From Haliotis rubra (lineage: Eukaryota), in assembly GCF_003918875.1 (NCBI RefSeq), contig NW_025767588.1, positions 372,001 through 436,000 of the forward strand: a stretch of DNA of 64,000 nucleotides, in the 5' to 3' direction. Below are positions 14,801 through 29,800 of this stretch, one piece after another (position 1 is the first letter of the stretch; every line of letters begins with the position of its first letter). A program made the translations under genes and the position numbers. The notes beneath the pieces were generated by a model that searched no databases, had not been told where the DNA came from, and saw nothing but the letters and a program-made list of their open reading frames with translations.

Positions 14801-17800
14801 TTTAGATCGTTAAAGTGTTTCACACAAATTTGAACAACATACATTACCAAATGTTTGAAAAGTTTTTTAGTTAGGCATCCAACCTGGACATTTGGAGGAT
14901 GTTTGGAACGTGTTTTCATGATGTACTCTGAGTGTACTTTCATTATGAATCGATTCAACTCTTAATAGGAACATTGAAACACTGTTTCAGTACCTTTCAT
15001 GGTGGAGCGTGACACCGGTGTTGTACGGATGGCCACTGAGCTGGACCGAGAGACAAATGACCACTTTGAGATGTCAGTCATTGTGGTCAATGAGGGATCT
15101 CCATCGTACACTGCAACTACACACATCGTTGTTGGCATCATTGACCTCAACGACAATGCACCAATGTTCTCTGCAAGTCAGTACGTGGGTCGTGTTGTGG
15201 AGGACCAAGACGGGAGGCGGGATGCAACTGAAGTTGACCTGGTGATGACAAGTCTCTGGTTCTTCTGTTGTGCACCTCAGTCAGCAATATCTTAGCTGCT
15301 GATGTAGGAATTTATCAAGATCAGGACTTAATGATCTTTACAAGGAAATAGGGAACCAGTTATATTGTTAAAGAGCTACACAGAGGTCATGATCCAGACT
15401 GCCAGTCTTCGGACTTCCATTTTTGTGGAAGACTGGCTGAGTGGGCTATTTGGTGCCTCATTCTTAGAGTTTGGGTTTGAATCCCAATGGGATCCCTTTG
15501 ATTTGGTTGGTTGGTTTGTTGTTTAACGCCGCACTCAGCAATGTTCCAGCTACATGGCAGCGGTCTTTAAATAATCGGTCTAGACCAGACAATCCAGTGA
15601 TCAACCACCCGATCCCGTTCGTCGCCTCTTACGACAAGCGTGGGTTGATCCCTTTGAGTTCAGTATAATTGTATTTATACCGTACTTGAGAAAATGTGCA
15701 AATTTTAATAAAAATGATGGTGTTAAGTGACTGAGTTTTAAACAAAGAGACATTCTGGTTACAGGATCGACTGATACTGGTGAGCGATGAAGACATAACC
15801 GAGGACAACCGAGGGGTGGTGCTGACTCTGACAGGGGTTGGCAGTGATCAGTTCCGGGTGGACGCCAGATACCAGTCACTTGTATGTCAACAGGCCTGGA
15901 GTCATTGACTGTGAACTCAGATGCCAGTATAACTTGATGGTCAGTATGATTGTAAGATATTGATTATAAGTGAAAGGAGTCAGACACTTTCCTTTTGATT
16001 TTTCTACAGTGTTTGTTTGTTGTTTAAAGCCACAACAATATTGTTGCCATGTGATGGCAGTAATATTGTAACTAATCAAATCTGCACCAAACAATCCAGT
16101 GGTTGACATTATGAGCATCAATCTACGCAAGTGGAATACAAAGGAATGCTTCCTTCAAGTCAGCGAGCCTGACCATCCAATCACAACAGTGGGTAGTGGG
16201 GTAGCCTAGTGGTTATGAATATTACTAAAAGCAGCATAAAACTATGCTGAAGACCCAGGTTCGAAGGCCAGTTCTAACCTGTATCCTCACAGGTGTTTCT
16301 TAGGTTAGTGTTGGTGCAGATTCTCCAGTATTTGGGCACCAAGTGCTGTTATGGAGTTCTGTTTCGAGAAGTGTTGGAAAACCAGGAAAGTCACTCAGCA
16401 GAAGTTTCTGACAGAAATGTATTTAGTATCAACCTCACCTAAACGGAAGGCTACATCAGTCCTAATTTTCTTGGAAATTTCACAGTTCTTTCTCCATGAG
16501 GGTAGAACACGCATTGATGATCTTAACAACTGTGCATCCAAATGTTTCCTCACAGAATTAGATCCATCCATAAGATGCATGAACCATCTACAAAAGCCAT
16601 GGAAAAATATAAAACCCAGCTGGATCCGAGAACAATTCTGATTGAATGTAGTGGTCCCTTTGAGGTTGTTATAACACTAGTTTACTGCAGGTTATTTTTC
16701 CTTTTTTTCCAGTTGTATGCCACAGACCAAAATGGTAAAGGTCTCACCAGCTCAGCAAACTTGACTATAAAAGTTGAAGACGTGAACGACCATAACCCGG
16801 AGTTTGAGGATAAGTATGAGTTCACAGTGAACACAGGAGCCTCAAAGGGAGCACACATCGGGATGTTAGAGGCCACCGATAGGGACGACACTGTGAAGAA
16901 CAACCAGCTCACGTATTTCCTCACAGATGGGGGACATGGCAAATTTGACGTCAATCCCACGACAGGTGTGTAACCATTGTCGATAATTGATGGCGCCAAC
17001 ACCTGTCTCAAATGAATATCAAATATCTAATTTTCACGTTTGAGTTTCATTTGCTGACCCCAATATACCAATTACTACTTCATCTCAAAAGCACATGTAA
17101 AAATTGGTCGAAATAGGTGGAAGGAAAGGCTTAGGGCATGTTCTTAGGCCTCAAACAGTGTGATTTATATTAGAATTACTGTAAATACAAAAAAATAACA
17201 TTATGTGTTTTATTGGACATTTTCACCATTGTTTTCTTCTAAAGAATTGAATCAGCGTAACAAATCCAGTTCTATTTGTGATTTGAGCACCATGCTGCTA
17301 AATCAGTGAAGCATGTTAAGATCAGCTTCATGGAGTCATGGTGTCTATCAACAATTTAAACACTACTACTGTTGTCTGTTTCACTGTGGAGAACGTCCCA
17401 AAATGATGAAATCAATGTACAAATTCAAAAAGTGCTGACAGAAGTAGATTCAAACTCGTGGAAATTTTGTACTTTTATTTCACAACCAGGCTATCCTGAC
17501 TTAGTCAAGGGATGCAACTCTACACTATGAATACCTTCCAGGAACCATTCCCAACAGTTCACTATTATGTCATGCTGTCTACTGTCCTCTAATCTACCAA
17601 ATACCAAGACCATTATGCCTGCCAGATTTTATACTTTTGAAACTTTGAATTTATTACATTTGATAAGACACAAAGACAATTATCTTACCTCACACATATA
17701 TGTTGTTTTCTGATTGGCTGATCCCGCTTACATGCAAGTAACATTTTCTATGTTACCTGCTGGAAATGCAGAACTGTGGTACTTCATGTTAGTAGTGTTT

Positions 17801-20800
17801 GGGCTGTTGCCTAACTCCGGTACTCCTTATTATGATCCAATACCCGTGCTTCAAACAGTTCAAAATTCACTTTGAGGTGTTCGGTAACATAAATATGTTG
17901 TTCACTGGTCCCTTGTTGCCCATGGGTTGATGTACCCTCTATGTATGTCCTCAGGGAACATAAACAAACATAGAGGGTACATCAACCCATCTCCCCCTTG
18001 TGGCCAGTGAACAACTTATAATTTGACTTTTTAATAATTCCATCATTTTGTACAAAGGAGGAACAATGGATTGTTGATTCAGTTCTTTTGTGGATCTTCC
18101 TTTCAGGTGAACTGTATGTTTCTGACACCCTGAAGAGAGAGCCGTACCACGATGTCTTCAACCTGCATGTTCAGGCTGTAGACAATGGCTTCCCGCGACT
18201 GTCAGCTGACACCACAGTCAAGATTCATGTTCCCATTAATAAGGCCCCAACTGTGGATAAAGTGATGTCACTGACGATGATGGAAAACCTCCCTGCAGGC
18301 ACCATGGTGGGGAAGGTTGAAGCCGTGGACCCTGACATGGGGGGCACTCCTGGGGAGACTCTTGAGTATCACATCACTGACACATCAGGTGGGTGGGGCA
18401 GTACATCACTGACACATCAGATGGAAGGGGCGGTATGTCACTGACACATCAGGTGTGTGGGGTGGTATGTCACTGACACATCAGGTGGGTGGGGCGGTAT
18501 GTCACAGACACATCTGGTGGGAGGGGAGGTATGTCACTGACCATCATGTGGGAGGGGCGGTATATCACAGACACATCAGGTGGGGAGGCGGTATGTCACT
18601 GACACGTCATGTGGGAGGGGCGGTATGTCACTGACACATCAGGTGGGTGGGGTGGTATGTCACTGACACATCAGATGGAAGAGGCGGTATGTCCCTGACA
18701 CATCAGGTGGGTGGGGCGGTATGTCAGAGACACATCTGGTGGGAGGGGTGGTATGTCACTGACACGTCATGTGGGAGGGGCGGTATGTCACTGACACATC
18801 AGGGGGGTGGGGCAGTATGTCACTGACACATCAGGTGGGTGGGGCGGTATGTCACAGACACATCTGGTGGGAGGGGAGGTATGTCACTGACCATCATGTG
18901 GGAGGGGCGGTATGTCACAGACACATCTGGTGGGAGGGGCGGTATGTCACTGACACGTCATGTGGGAGGGGTGGTATGTCACTGACACATCAGGTGGGTG
19001 GGGTGGTATGTCACTGACACATCAGATGGAAGGGGCGGTATGTCCCTGACACATCAGGTGGGTGGGGCGGTATGTCACAGACACTTCTGGTGGGAGGGGT
19101 GGTATGTCACTGACACGTCATGTGGGTGGGGCGGTATGTCACTGACACATCAGGGGGGTGGGGTGGTATGTCACTGACACATCAGGTGGGTGGGGCAGTA
19201 TGTCACTGACACATCAGGTGGGAGAGGCGGTATGTCACTGACACACTAGAGTTCCAAGGATAGGTCCACAAACACTTCATGACCTCATGCCAATTCTGTC
19301 CTCCTGACCGTTTCAGTGCCTATCATCAGGTGGGTGGGGCAATATGTCACTAACACATCATGATGGTGGGGCAGTAGGTCACTAACACATCATGTGGGTG
19401 GGGCGGTATGTCACTAACACATCATGTGGGTGAGTCGGTATGTCACTGATACATCATGTGGGTACAGTACATCACTGACACATCACTGACTGACTGGTTT
19501 TAGTCGCCGCTTTGTAGCAATATTCCAGCAATATCACTGACACATCAGGTGGGTGGGGCAGTACATCACTGACACATCAGGTGGGTGAGGCGGTATGTCA
19601 AAGACACATCAGGTGGTTGGGGTGGTATGTCACTGACACATCATGTGGGAGGGGCGGTATGTCACTGACACATCAGGTGGGAGGGGCGGTATGTCAATGA
19701 CACAGAAGGTGGTTGGGGCAGTATGTCACTAACACATCAGATGGGTGGGGCAGTACATCATGATACATAAGTAACAGCATCTGTTACAGAGCCCTGAAAG
19801 TGAACTAGAGTTCCAAGGATAGGTCCACAAACACTTCATGACCTCATGCCAATTCTGTCCTCCTGACCGTTTCAGTGCCTATTATGGTGGACAAGTACAG
19901 TGGAGAACTGAAACTGAAGTCGAGTGTTGACCGTGAGGAGCTGGACAGTGTCAGCTTCAATGTACAGGTGGTGAATGACGGTGCCCCTGCCTACACCATG
20001 TCCACACTGGTCACCATTACTGTCAACGACACCAACGACCATGCTCCAGAGTTTACTGTCAAGGGAGGCTACTCTGGTGTTGTGTCTGAAACTGTATCGA
20101 CCTCCAGAGGGGATGTTTATGTTAAATTGGTTTGTATCAGTATTAGTATTTGTAAATACATTCATTTTTATAATTTTAAAGTAATCATGAGAAATATGTG
20201 ATTCTTTATGACCCTGTTCATAACCAACATTGTTGTTAGACACAAAATCAGAGAAGTCAAAGATTCTGCACAGCTGGTCCTTACTTTTGTCAGGTCTGCA
20301 GCTCTGGATTTAGAAGTAGGACATTAAAGAACATAGAAGGACATTAAAAACAGTAGAGACATGTTCAAAATTGTTTTCAGGTCAAACTATAAAACAAAAC
20401 AGATTTAATTAAATTCTTTACGTTCACTGTCCTTTTATTGTGGGAGTATGTTACAGAGCCAACCAATCACGATTGAAGACAAAGATGACACAACTGAGAA
20501 CAGAAATGTGAAGGTTACACTGACAGGGCGTGGCTCCGACAACTTCAAGTTTGTGAAAGACACAGGCAGGATAAAGATTCGAGACCCATCCTTGATTGAT
20601 GCTGAAGTACAAAAGTCATTCAATCTGAAGGTATTGCAAGGAAATTTCTGAGCTTGTATATAGAATAATATCATTGTTACATATGTCATTTTTCACTTCG
20701 GGTCGCCTACTGAATGAAAAAAACATGCTGTGATGTAACTGATAAGATGGTCCAGACCTGACAGACTGACTGACTGAAAGACTCCCTCCCTCCCTCCCTC

Positions 20801-23800
20801 CCTCCCTCCCTCATGTAGTTCTCAAATCCAGACAACTCTTGCAGCTGACAGCCACAGATCAAGGAGGGCATGGATTCAGCACCTCCTCCAACATCTCCAT
20901 CATTGTGGATGATATCAACGACAACCGCCCAGTCTTCATCAGCAACACTACCTTCAACATGAACCCTTCTGCCATGAGGGACAGCAAGGTGGGCGTGGTC
21001 CGAGCCAAGGATGCAGATGCCACTGCCCAGAACAACAGAATCACCTACCTCCTTACTGGAGGTGGACACGGCAAGTTTACCGTCGACTCCAGAACAGGTA
21101 TGATTCGAGACCTCTGAGGGATTCAGGTTTGGACCTCAGCATCTGATTTTGTTTGTTTGTTGTTTAACACCACTCACAGCAGTATTCCAACTATATGGCA
21201 TCAGTCTGTAAATAATTGACCGTTAGTTGCATCTTACACCAAGCATGGATTGCAGAAGACCAATCTAATCTGGATCTTCATGGTACGCGGCGTCTTATGC
21301 TTGTCATAGAGATGACAATGGCTCAGGTGATCGCTCAGTGATTTTGGTAATTGTTTGTCATCCTGCATTGAATATGCACTTTTTGTCGTATTTACAATGT
21401 CTTCAGAAAAATTGTTGAACAGAACAAAAATGATTTTGGTTGTAATCATTGTCAAGTGATCCGCAGGTTTTGGTTTCCTAAAACATTTGTGGTAATGGGT
21501 TTCAGCCAGCTGGTAAATATTTTGATGCATCATGTAGGCATCACTGTCCTTGACTGATTAGTACTCTGTGATACAATGACATATTCTTTAGATTGGCATT
21601 GAACCTATATAACTCGCTACAAAATCCGTTTCAGGAGAAATCTTTGTAACTGACTCACCAAACCATGAGTCAATGCTGGATGTGTACCATCTGGACATTC
21701 GAGCTCAGGACAACGGTGTTCCACAGATGTCTGCAGATACTGTCATCACTGTCAACGTCCCCATCAATCACCCACCCCGGATGTCGCTTCCCAAGTATGA
21801 GTTCCATCTGCCGGAGAACAATGCTGTTGATGCTGTTGTGGGGAGGGTGACTGCTGTTGACCCTGACATCCCTGCCGACCCCAACCACAAACTGACCTAC
21901 TCCATTGATGATGCTAGTGGTAAGATAGAGCAGTCTGATTTTAGGAGAATGGAATGATGTATTTAACTATCATATTCTACAATGACATTTGGCTCATGCA
22001 AAAGGCACACGTGGCCCAGTTGCCAAAGGCGTCAAAGTTTGCTGGCAGAGTTATGTCCCTTTCTTGTGTAAGGATCCTATGATCATGGTGTTTGAATTCC
22101 CGATCAATCCTGACTATAATCCTTGTCTTGGCACTATACCTGTGATCATGGTATAAATGTCTTAGACCTCTAGGCTTCTTTCCCACATAGGGGCGGTGGG
22201 GTAGCCTAGACGTTAGAGTATTTGCTGGTCACGCTGATGAGTGAGTGAGTTTATTTTGACACCGCTTTTAGCAATATCATGGCGGGGGGACACCATGCTG
22301 CTTTTATTATTAACCACTGGATTTCCAGACCTAGACTTGATGTATACTGGCTGATAGAGCTGTAATATTTAACACTGACATGAAACAACATTCATTCATT
22401 TTCCTTGGGAACAGGATTGTTCAGCATCCGGCCCGATACTGGTGTCATCACAGCCAACACAGTTCTGGACAGAGAGGTCACGGCAAGCGTTGTGTTCGAT
22501 GTACAGGTCAAGGACAATGTGTTCCCCGAAAACTCAGACACCGCCAATGTCAAGGTCATAATAATTGACCTCAATGACAACGCCCCTATGTTGACAGGAG
22601 GATCGTATTTCCGTGGTGCTGTGTTTGAAGACAACAAGCGGCCACTGAGAGGACAGATTGTGAAACTGGTCAGTATGTAGAACAATTAGAATTAGTCCCT
22701 AGCAGCCTTAGCTTGTCCTATGTGGATTGAGTGGTCAATGACTTGGTTAAATTGAGAGTCATATTATCAGATGGTGCTCACCATATCAATCACTGGTTTG
22801 TCTGGATCATTCCAGATTAGTTACAGGCCACTGTCATATTGCTGGAATATTGTGTTGAATGACATAACTGTGGTGTTGAATAACAAACACAAAAACAACA
22901 TTCTTTGATGGACATTTACATATGGCATACCTGAGAAGTGATTTTCTGGCAGTGATCCATTCTATTGTGGATAGGTCATATAGAAATAAGATCAGTGAAA
23001 CCTGGTTCAAGTGATTTTCTCAACAATGCTTCAGGCGTAAAATTGTCCCCAGTATCAGTTATCTCGGGCTTTCTCTCCACTCCAATCATCTTGTCTCTAC
23101 TCCCCTCCAATCATCTCTCCTGTCCACTCCAGTCAACTTGACTGCTCTCCACTCCTCTCCAATCAACTTCACACCTCTTCACTCTACTCCAATGAACTTC
23201 TCATCTCTTCACTCTGCTCCAATCAACTTCACTTCACCCTGCTTTAACTTCCCTCCTATCAACTTCACAACACCGCTGCACTCAACTCCTCTCCTCTCTA
23301 CTCCAATGAACTTCTCATCTCTTCACTCTGCTCCAATCAACTTTGCTTCACCATGCTTTACCTTCACCCCAATGACCTTCACAACACCGCTGCACTCCAC
23401 TCCACTAAAACTACAATACAATCAACTTATACTCTGCTCGAATTCACTCCAATCAACTTGTCTCCTTTCCACTCTGCTCAACTCTCCAGCAGACTCTGCT
23501 CCATTCCACTGTACTCTGATGGGCTGAACATACTGAAGTACTTTATATTGAGGTCTGTTTTTGGAACAGCAGTGTGGGAACTGTTTCATTTTTGTCTTCC
23601 AGGACAGGAATATAAGTGTGATAGACCGAGATGCAACAGAGATTCACCGCGACTTTGTCGTAGAACTGGAAGGTTACGCCAGCAGGTTCTTTCGGTACAA
23701 CCCCGCCACGGGTCAGCTGTCAGTGAGAACCCCTGGTTCCATAGACCGAGAGTTTAACGAGGCGTATGAAATGAAGGTGAGTGGAATGTGGCAGGGTTTT

Positions 23801-26800
23801 ACCTTGACTCACAAACATGGGGATAATGAGGACCCTAATTATTTGTTGTAAGGATCCTTGCAGGCAAAACAAGGTCATGTGAAGTAACAGTTTAGAGAAC
23901 TGTATGTTTTGATAATTTCCTTAGAGCCTGGAATGAATCATTGATCATGTGGATTGGTCCATGATAAGTATATAAGTGCAATAATCTTGAACTTGACATT
24001 TAATCTGCCTTTCCTTACCTTCACATTACTATAGTGTCTTCTTGACTTGCCCAGATCGTGGCCAGAGATCGCAGCTTCAGCTGGCTATCATCCACTGCTA
24101 CACTTCGCATAGATGTCGCCGATAGCAACGACAATTACCCAGAATTCCTTGAGACAAGCTTCACCTTCACACTACCCTCTGTAGTCAATGCTGGCGACAT
24201 TGCTGGGAAGGTTGTTGCCAGGGACATTGATGCCACGGAGCCCAACAACAAGATCCTGTATCTCCTACAGGACAACCCTCTTGGAAAGTTTAAGCTTGAT
24301 ATCAACACAGGTGAGAATAGTTTTGACAGCTCCATCACTTATATGCAGGGATGGCAATTTCTGCTGTGAATCCTCTAAATTGTTTCAATCCCCATTCAAT
24401 GACACAATATTAAGTTTTCAGCTGAAAATAAATTTTCCTGTTGCCGTCCCTGTATATGTCAAGTTATCTGTGAAGATCCAGGTTAGAATTGGTCTTCAGT
24501 AACCCATGCTTGTTGTAATAGGCGACTAAGGGGATCAAGTGGTCAGGCTTGCTGCCTTGGTCAATGCAGGTCATTTTGTCCCAATTGCGCTGATGAATGC
24601 TCATGATGTTAATCGCTGTATTGTCTGGTCCAGGCTCGATTATTTACAAACTGGCATCTTGTGGCAGGAACAGTGCTGAGTCTGATGGTCAACAGATAAC
24701 AATCAAACAAACAAGTTTTCAGAGGTCTCTCTTTTCTGTTTTTTTGAGTAAGAGAATTACACTGAGTGCTCACTACTATAAACATCAATATTCACATGAT
24801 TCACATCTGTGTTTTCATGACATGTTGATTGAGGTAACTTGAATTCAGTTTTAATAAGTCATAGGGAATTAGCACTTCACTTCAAAATAAACAAGAGGTG
24901 TCACCCTTTAATGTTTTTGGTGGCAGGCATGGTATATGTTGGCTTGGCAAAGGTCATTATTTTTTGTTGCTATGGATGGAGAGCAGCGTAAGGGCAACGG
25001 CAAAAAGTTGCTACAGTTCCTTAAGTCAACTTTTACTTTCAAGTCGTTTAAACAAGAATAAAATGAAAGGACAACATGAAATGTTAGTTTACAGACCTCT
25101 TTTTATAGCACAATGTTAGAAATTGGGAAATTAGGCAAGTGCAAGTTTTATCCATGTACAGCAAAGAAGCACACTAACCTAAGAAAAAACAGGCTTTCAT
25201 GTCAGTTTGTGGTTATCATGCAAGAAAGGTATGCAATACTTCAAAACAGGGTTTTGCCTTGACTAACAGAAGTATAAGGGTCCTGTGAAGTTACAGTGTA
25301 CAGAACTGTACGTTTTGATGATTACTTTGGAGCCTGGAATGAATCATTGAATAAAATGATGCATGTAACTGCTCTGAAAGAAACAACCAAACACTTAGCA
25401 AAGTCATAGATGTGTTCTGAGTACAATGAAATATATTATGGGTGTCTCTGGATGCAGTGAATATTTTCCTGCATCCATTCTCTACATTTGTGTGTACCGG
25501 ATGCACAATATGCGTGTCGCATAAAACCCTGTTAAAAGCATCACTGTTGGACAAGTGAGTAATTTCTCGGCTTGTTTCTCAATTGCCAGGAAAGAGAAAG
25601 TATACAGTCATGGGTGATGATGGCTGAAAATAAAGCAAACACAAAATGGTTATTCATGGCAATATGTTTTAGCTCTGGTGACTGTTTTCATCCCAGTAAC
25701 ATTTTGATAACATTTGTAATATCTTGTTCAAATCCAGTTGTCAAGTGGATGCTTTTTTTCACCATGGCGCATTTTCTCTTCGATTGTTTTTGATGGTGAA
25801 GTGTCACATGAATTTATGAGCCAGGAATTTGCAGTTGCTGTTACATTCCAGACTCCTGTTGCACAAATCAATCAACCCTGATTATTTTTCTATATACAGT
25901 GGTGTCAACAAGATTCAATCAATTCAACCAGTAACTGTGACTTTGGCATGCTGATAGACATGTATAACATGCATGATAGAACTCATGATAAACTGCTTCT
26001 TTTTTGTTTTGAAATATATGTATACACTATTTTAAAAGGTTGAAAAACACCCACAAATGGAATGATGAATGTTGCAATACCCATCATTCATGACAGAGTA
26101 CCATAGCCATAAGAAAAAAATGCCATTTCAGAGTTTTTTTCCTTAACTGGCTTTCACCACATGTAGGCTGTTAGAATAATGCCATCAGACATTCAGGTGT
26201 TCTCATTTCTACAGAAGCGTAGTAGGGCCACAGTGAAAGTTTTTTTCGTTTTATTATCTCCTACATAGGAGATACTATGTCCTACTTAGGACATAATATC
26301 TCCTACGTAGGTCATAGTATCTCCTACGTTGGACTTAGTACTTAGTATCTCCTACGTAGGAGTACAGTCGATCATCGTTGTGTCGAACTCTGGTAACCGA
26401 TATCTCGATTGTCTCGATATAATTTCTCGGTCCCGGCAAAATCCTTCATTATTTATCATTATTTGAACCCTTTTAACTCGATACGGATGTCTCGATATTT
26501 CGGATATCTCGATATGATTTCATGGTCCCGACAAGCAAAATTACCCTTTTAACTCGATATTTGCACGTAAAGTCGATATACACCTACCTTTCTCGGACAA
26601 GTATCCATCTGACCTGTGACTGTCTCCACCTGTTTACACACACGCTGCGGCATGAATCAAAGGTAGCGGTAGTGTAAGCTAATTAAGGCTAATTGAGTTG
26701 TAGGTGTCACTTGTTTGTTTATCTAACTAGGATGTACTCCCAATTTCAACACCCCCTGATAACGGATTATAGTATCGAATCAAAACATAGTGAGAACCTA

Positions 26801-29800
26801 ATCAGGGACTTGTGTCATCACGTGACAAGCAATTGATTGTTGAGTTTTTACTAAATTGCCGACTGAGAAATGCGGATTAGGAGTCAATTGAACGCTATTG
26901 TGTTGTGGGGCTATAAAATGTTACCAAATGGTAGGTTTGTCAGTACGGTTATCATCATGTCTGAGCAAGCTAGCAAAGGACCCAGCTTATCTTGGGGGAT
27001 AACTAGATCTCGATGTTGGTACACCTAAAAAGAGAAATTTAACAGTTAAGAAGATCGAGACCTAGTATGAAGCTATCATCACGGCTGAGAATGGTGGAAA
27101 AAAACAGGAGATTGCTAAAGAATTTGGCGTTCCCCAGAACACACTTTCAACATGGATAAAGAATTCTCAGAAAATCAAAGAGGCGCGGAATCGAGAGATG
27201 GAGGTCGAATAACACAAGGACTTCTTTTGTATCAAGAGTGCTTGACCAGTATTGCATTCATGCCAGCACCAAATGCCCGTCAGTTAAAACTTTCTGATTT
27301 CTTCACTTCGTTTGTGGAGTAAATCCAACTTTTGTATATTTCAAAATGGACACTATGACGAAATTACCATGTGAATTTGGGATCTCTGTGAGGACAAATA
27401 AATAATAGACATGCAATCTACTGTTTTCTTTTGTTTTCTTTCATATCTTTCACGTTGGTATGTGATGATATGCCCAACTCGGATGTGTCGATATTCGGAT
27501 AAGTCGATATTTTTTCCTGGTCCCGTAAATATCGAGACAACGGTGTTCGACTGTACTTAGTATCTCCTTCGTAGGACATACTATCTCTTATGTAGTACTT
27601 AATATCTCCTGTAGGACATGAGCGATATATATATATTAATATACATTAATCTGAAATGGTTGACTTAAATCCCCAGACAGGCAAACAATCTCCTGTTTCA
27701 CTGTTTCAGTCACTGTTAGAGTCTACTATCATGTGTTTCATTTACTACTGTTTCCTTCATTATTAGAGTAATGTGTTCAACTAGTTGTTGCACATTACTG
27801 TCATGTGTTGGACCGACTCTTATACTTTACTGCCTTGTGTTCAGTTTGCTCTACTATAACGCATTGCAGTTAGTTCATAGAGAATACTACACAAGGTCTC
27901 ATTATATACGAATTATACGAAACAAGTGTCCTTCCTATGGTATCTGACCGAGCGAAAGCGAGGTCAGAAACCATAGGAAGGTCACAAGTTACCTATAATT
28001 CGTATGTAATGAGTCCAATTGTGGTATTTTATTTATTACCCACGTTTTGCATGCATTAAATTGACAAAACAAAAACCGGTTTCATAAAGAGGTTGCATAA
28101 GAATTTTGTTCTGTAGTTCACTTTTGCCTGACGTCACACTGTATTGATGTCACTACGCCATTCTCGTCTGCTCCCATGGTAACTGATGTCACGATGCATG
28201 TCAGTTGTCATCGCCTCGTACAGTCTCCTACATTAAACTACTCCGTAGCACCCCGTTTCTTAGTTTGCCGTTGCTTCACTCGGCTAACATCACTGGTGGA
28301 AACATTGCGTTAGTTTGATAGTTTGATATGTTGCAGGCCATGGTCTTGTCAAAGGCCAAGGTCGAATATCGTCACGTTCTGTTGTGACCTCACTTAAATT
28401 GTTCAATGACGTAATTGCATTCGGTCAGTCAACCCTGTCAGAAGTTTGTTTTGAGTAAACTTACAGTGAAATTCCTTCATTGTTTCCTTTTTGTCTTTTC
28501 AACACAAATTCCATGTATTTTAGCAGTAATAATGGTAATGCTATTTTTAAGGGCATTATCATTTGCAGAAGCTCTCTGTCTTTTTCAACTGCGCTCCTTC
28601 GTCGGGCAGTTAATAGAAAACCTAGGACTTCTGCAAATGATAATGCCCTCAAAAATAGCATTACCCTTATATTATGTTGCACTTTGTTACACTTTACTAT
28701 TATGCGTTGGATATTTCAGAGGTCGTGGCAAATGAGTCATAATCTGCGGGCACAGACGTGTCTTAGAAGATCGGTGGCAATCTATGCATACTTATACCCT
28801 TCTTCTTATACAAACAACTATAATGACAATTCTTTGCCCTTTTGAATTTCGTATTTTTTACGCCGCACTCAACACTTTTCCACCCCAGTCAAGTCAACCT
28901 GTAAACAATCCTGAAAGAGCAAACGCAAACGAGCGTTGTATCCGATCCAACCTAACTCCTTCTGAAGACAAGCAATAACTTGCTTAGTACGAGTTATATT
29001 TAGACTAACAACTAGTCTCTGAAATGAACATATTTTACTGAAAAAAGTTGATAGTAAAAAAAAAATATATAATGAAAAGGAGCCCTGAGATTTTCTTCAT
29101 TTTCGAAGCTGAGGAAATCTAGACTTGCCACATTTTCTAGACTTGTGTGGGCTTTCTTGGATATATTTGCTTCAGGGTCTGTACGAGAGACTAGTGTTAT
29201 ATTATAATCAGAGTTTCATATCAGAACCTCAATTCTCCCCCCCACCTCTGTGTGTGTGTGTATGCGTACGTGCATGCGTGCGTGTGTGAATAGATGCATG
29301 TATGATAGATCAAACATAACCATGCCCAAACCTCTATAACTGCAATAAGAACAAGGTCCACGTAATACACACACTAACACTATATAGTAACACTGTGTTA
29401 GTGTCATGAATATTCACTGACTTGCATTTCTACTATCGAACCTCCTGCACAGCCAAATATTTCTCAACATAATAACCATACTACATAATCCGTACCTTAA
29501 AAAGGATATATTAAATAGATGTAGGAGTATGTCCTACGTAAGAGATACTAAGACCTACGTAAGAGGTACTAAAGTACTGTCGGAAATAGAAAAAAAAATG
29601 TTCTTTCACATTTATATCTACAAGTTAGGTTGTTAATATGTGAAAGTGTGAAATATCTGTTAAACTAAGTTCGGCCTATGTACAGTCACAGTGGGTGGGT
29701 AATAGGAAACGTAAAAGAAGGGTTTTACTGAGGAGAGATTAGTGCAGAAATGAGCAATGCAGGGTTTTTTAAAGTCCAATGCGACGTATTCAGAACAGAC

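Noticed and set aside
18372-19768. CRISPR-like appearance of the 32-bp and 43-bp arrays
   Set aside because: The units are contiguous with no unique spacers, there are no cas genes, and the context is a eukaryotic intron.
23879-25350. ~65-bp similarity between 23879-23944 and 25285-25350
   Set aside because: Short and diverged, probably a fragment of a dispersed repeat; no functional signal.
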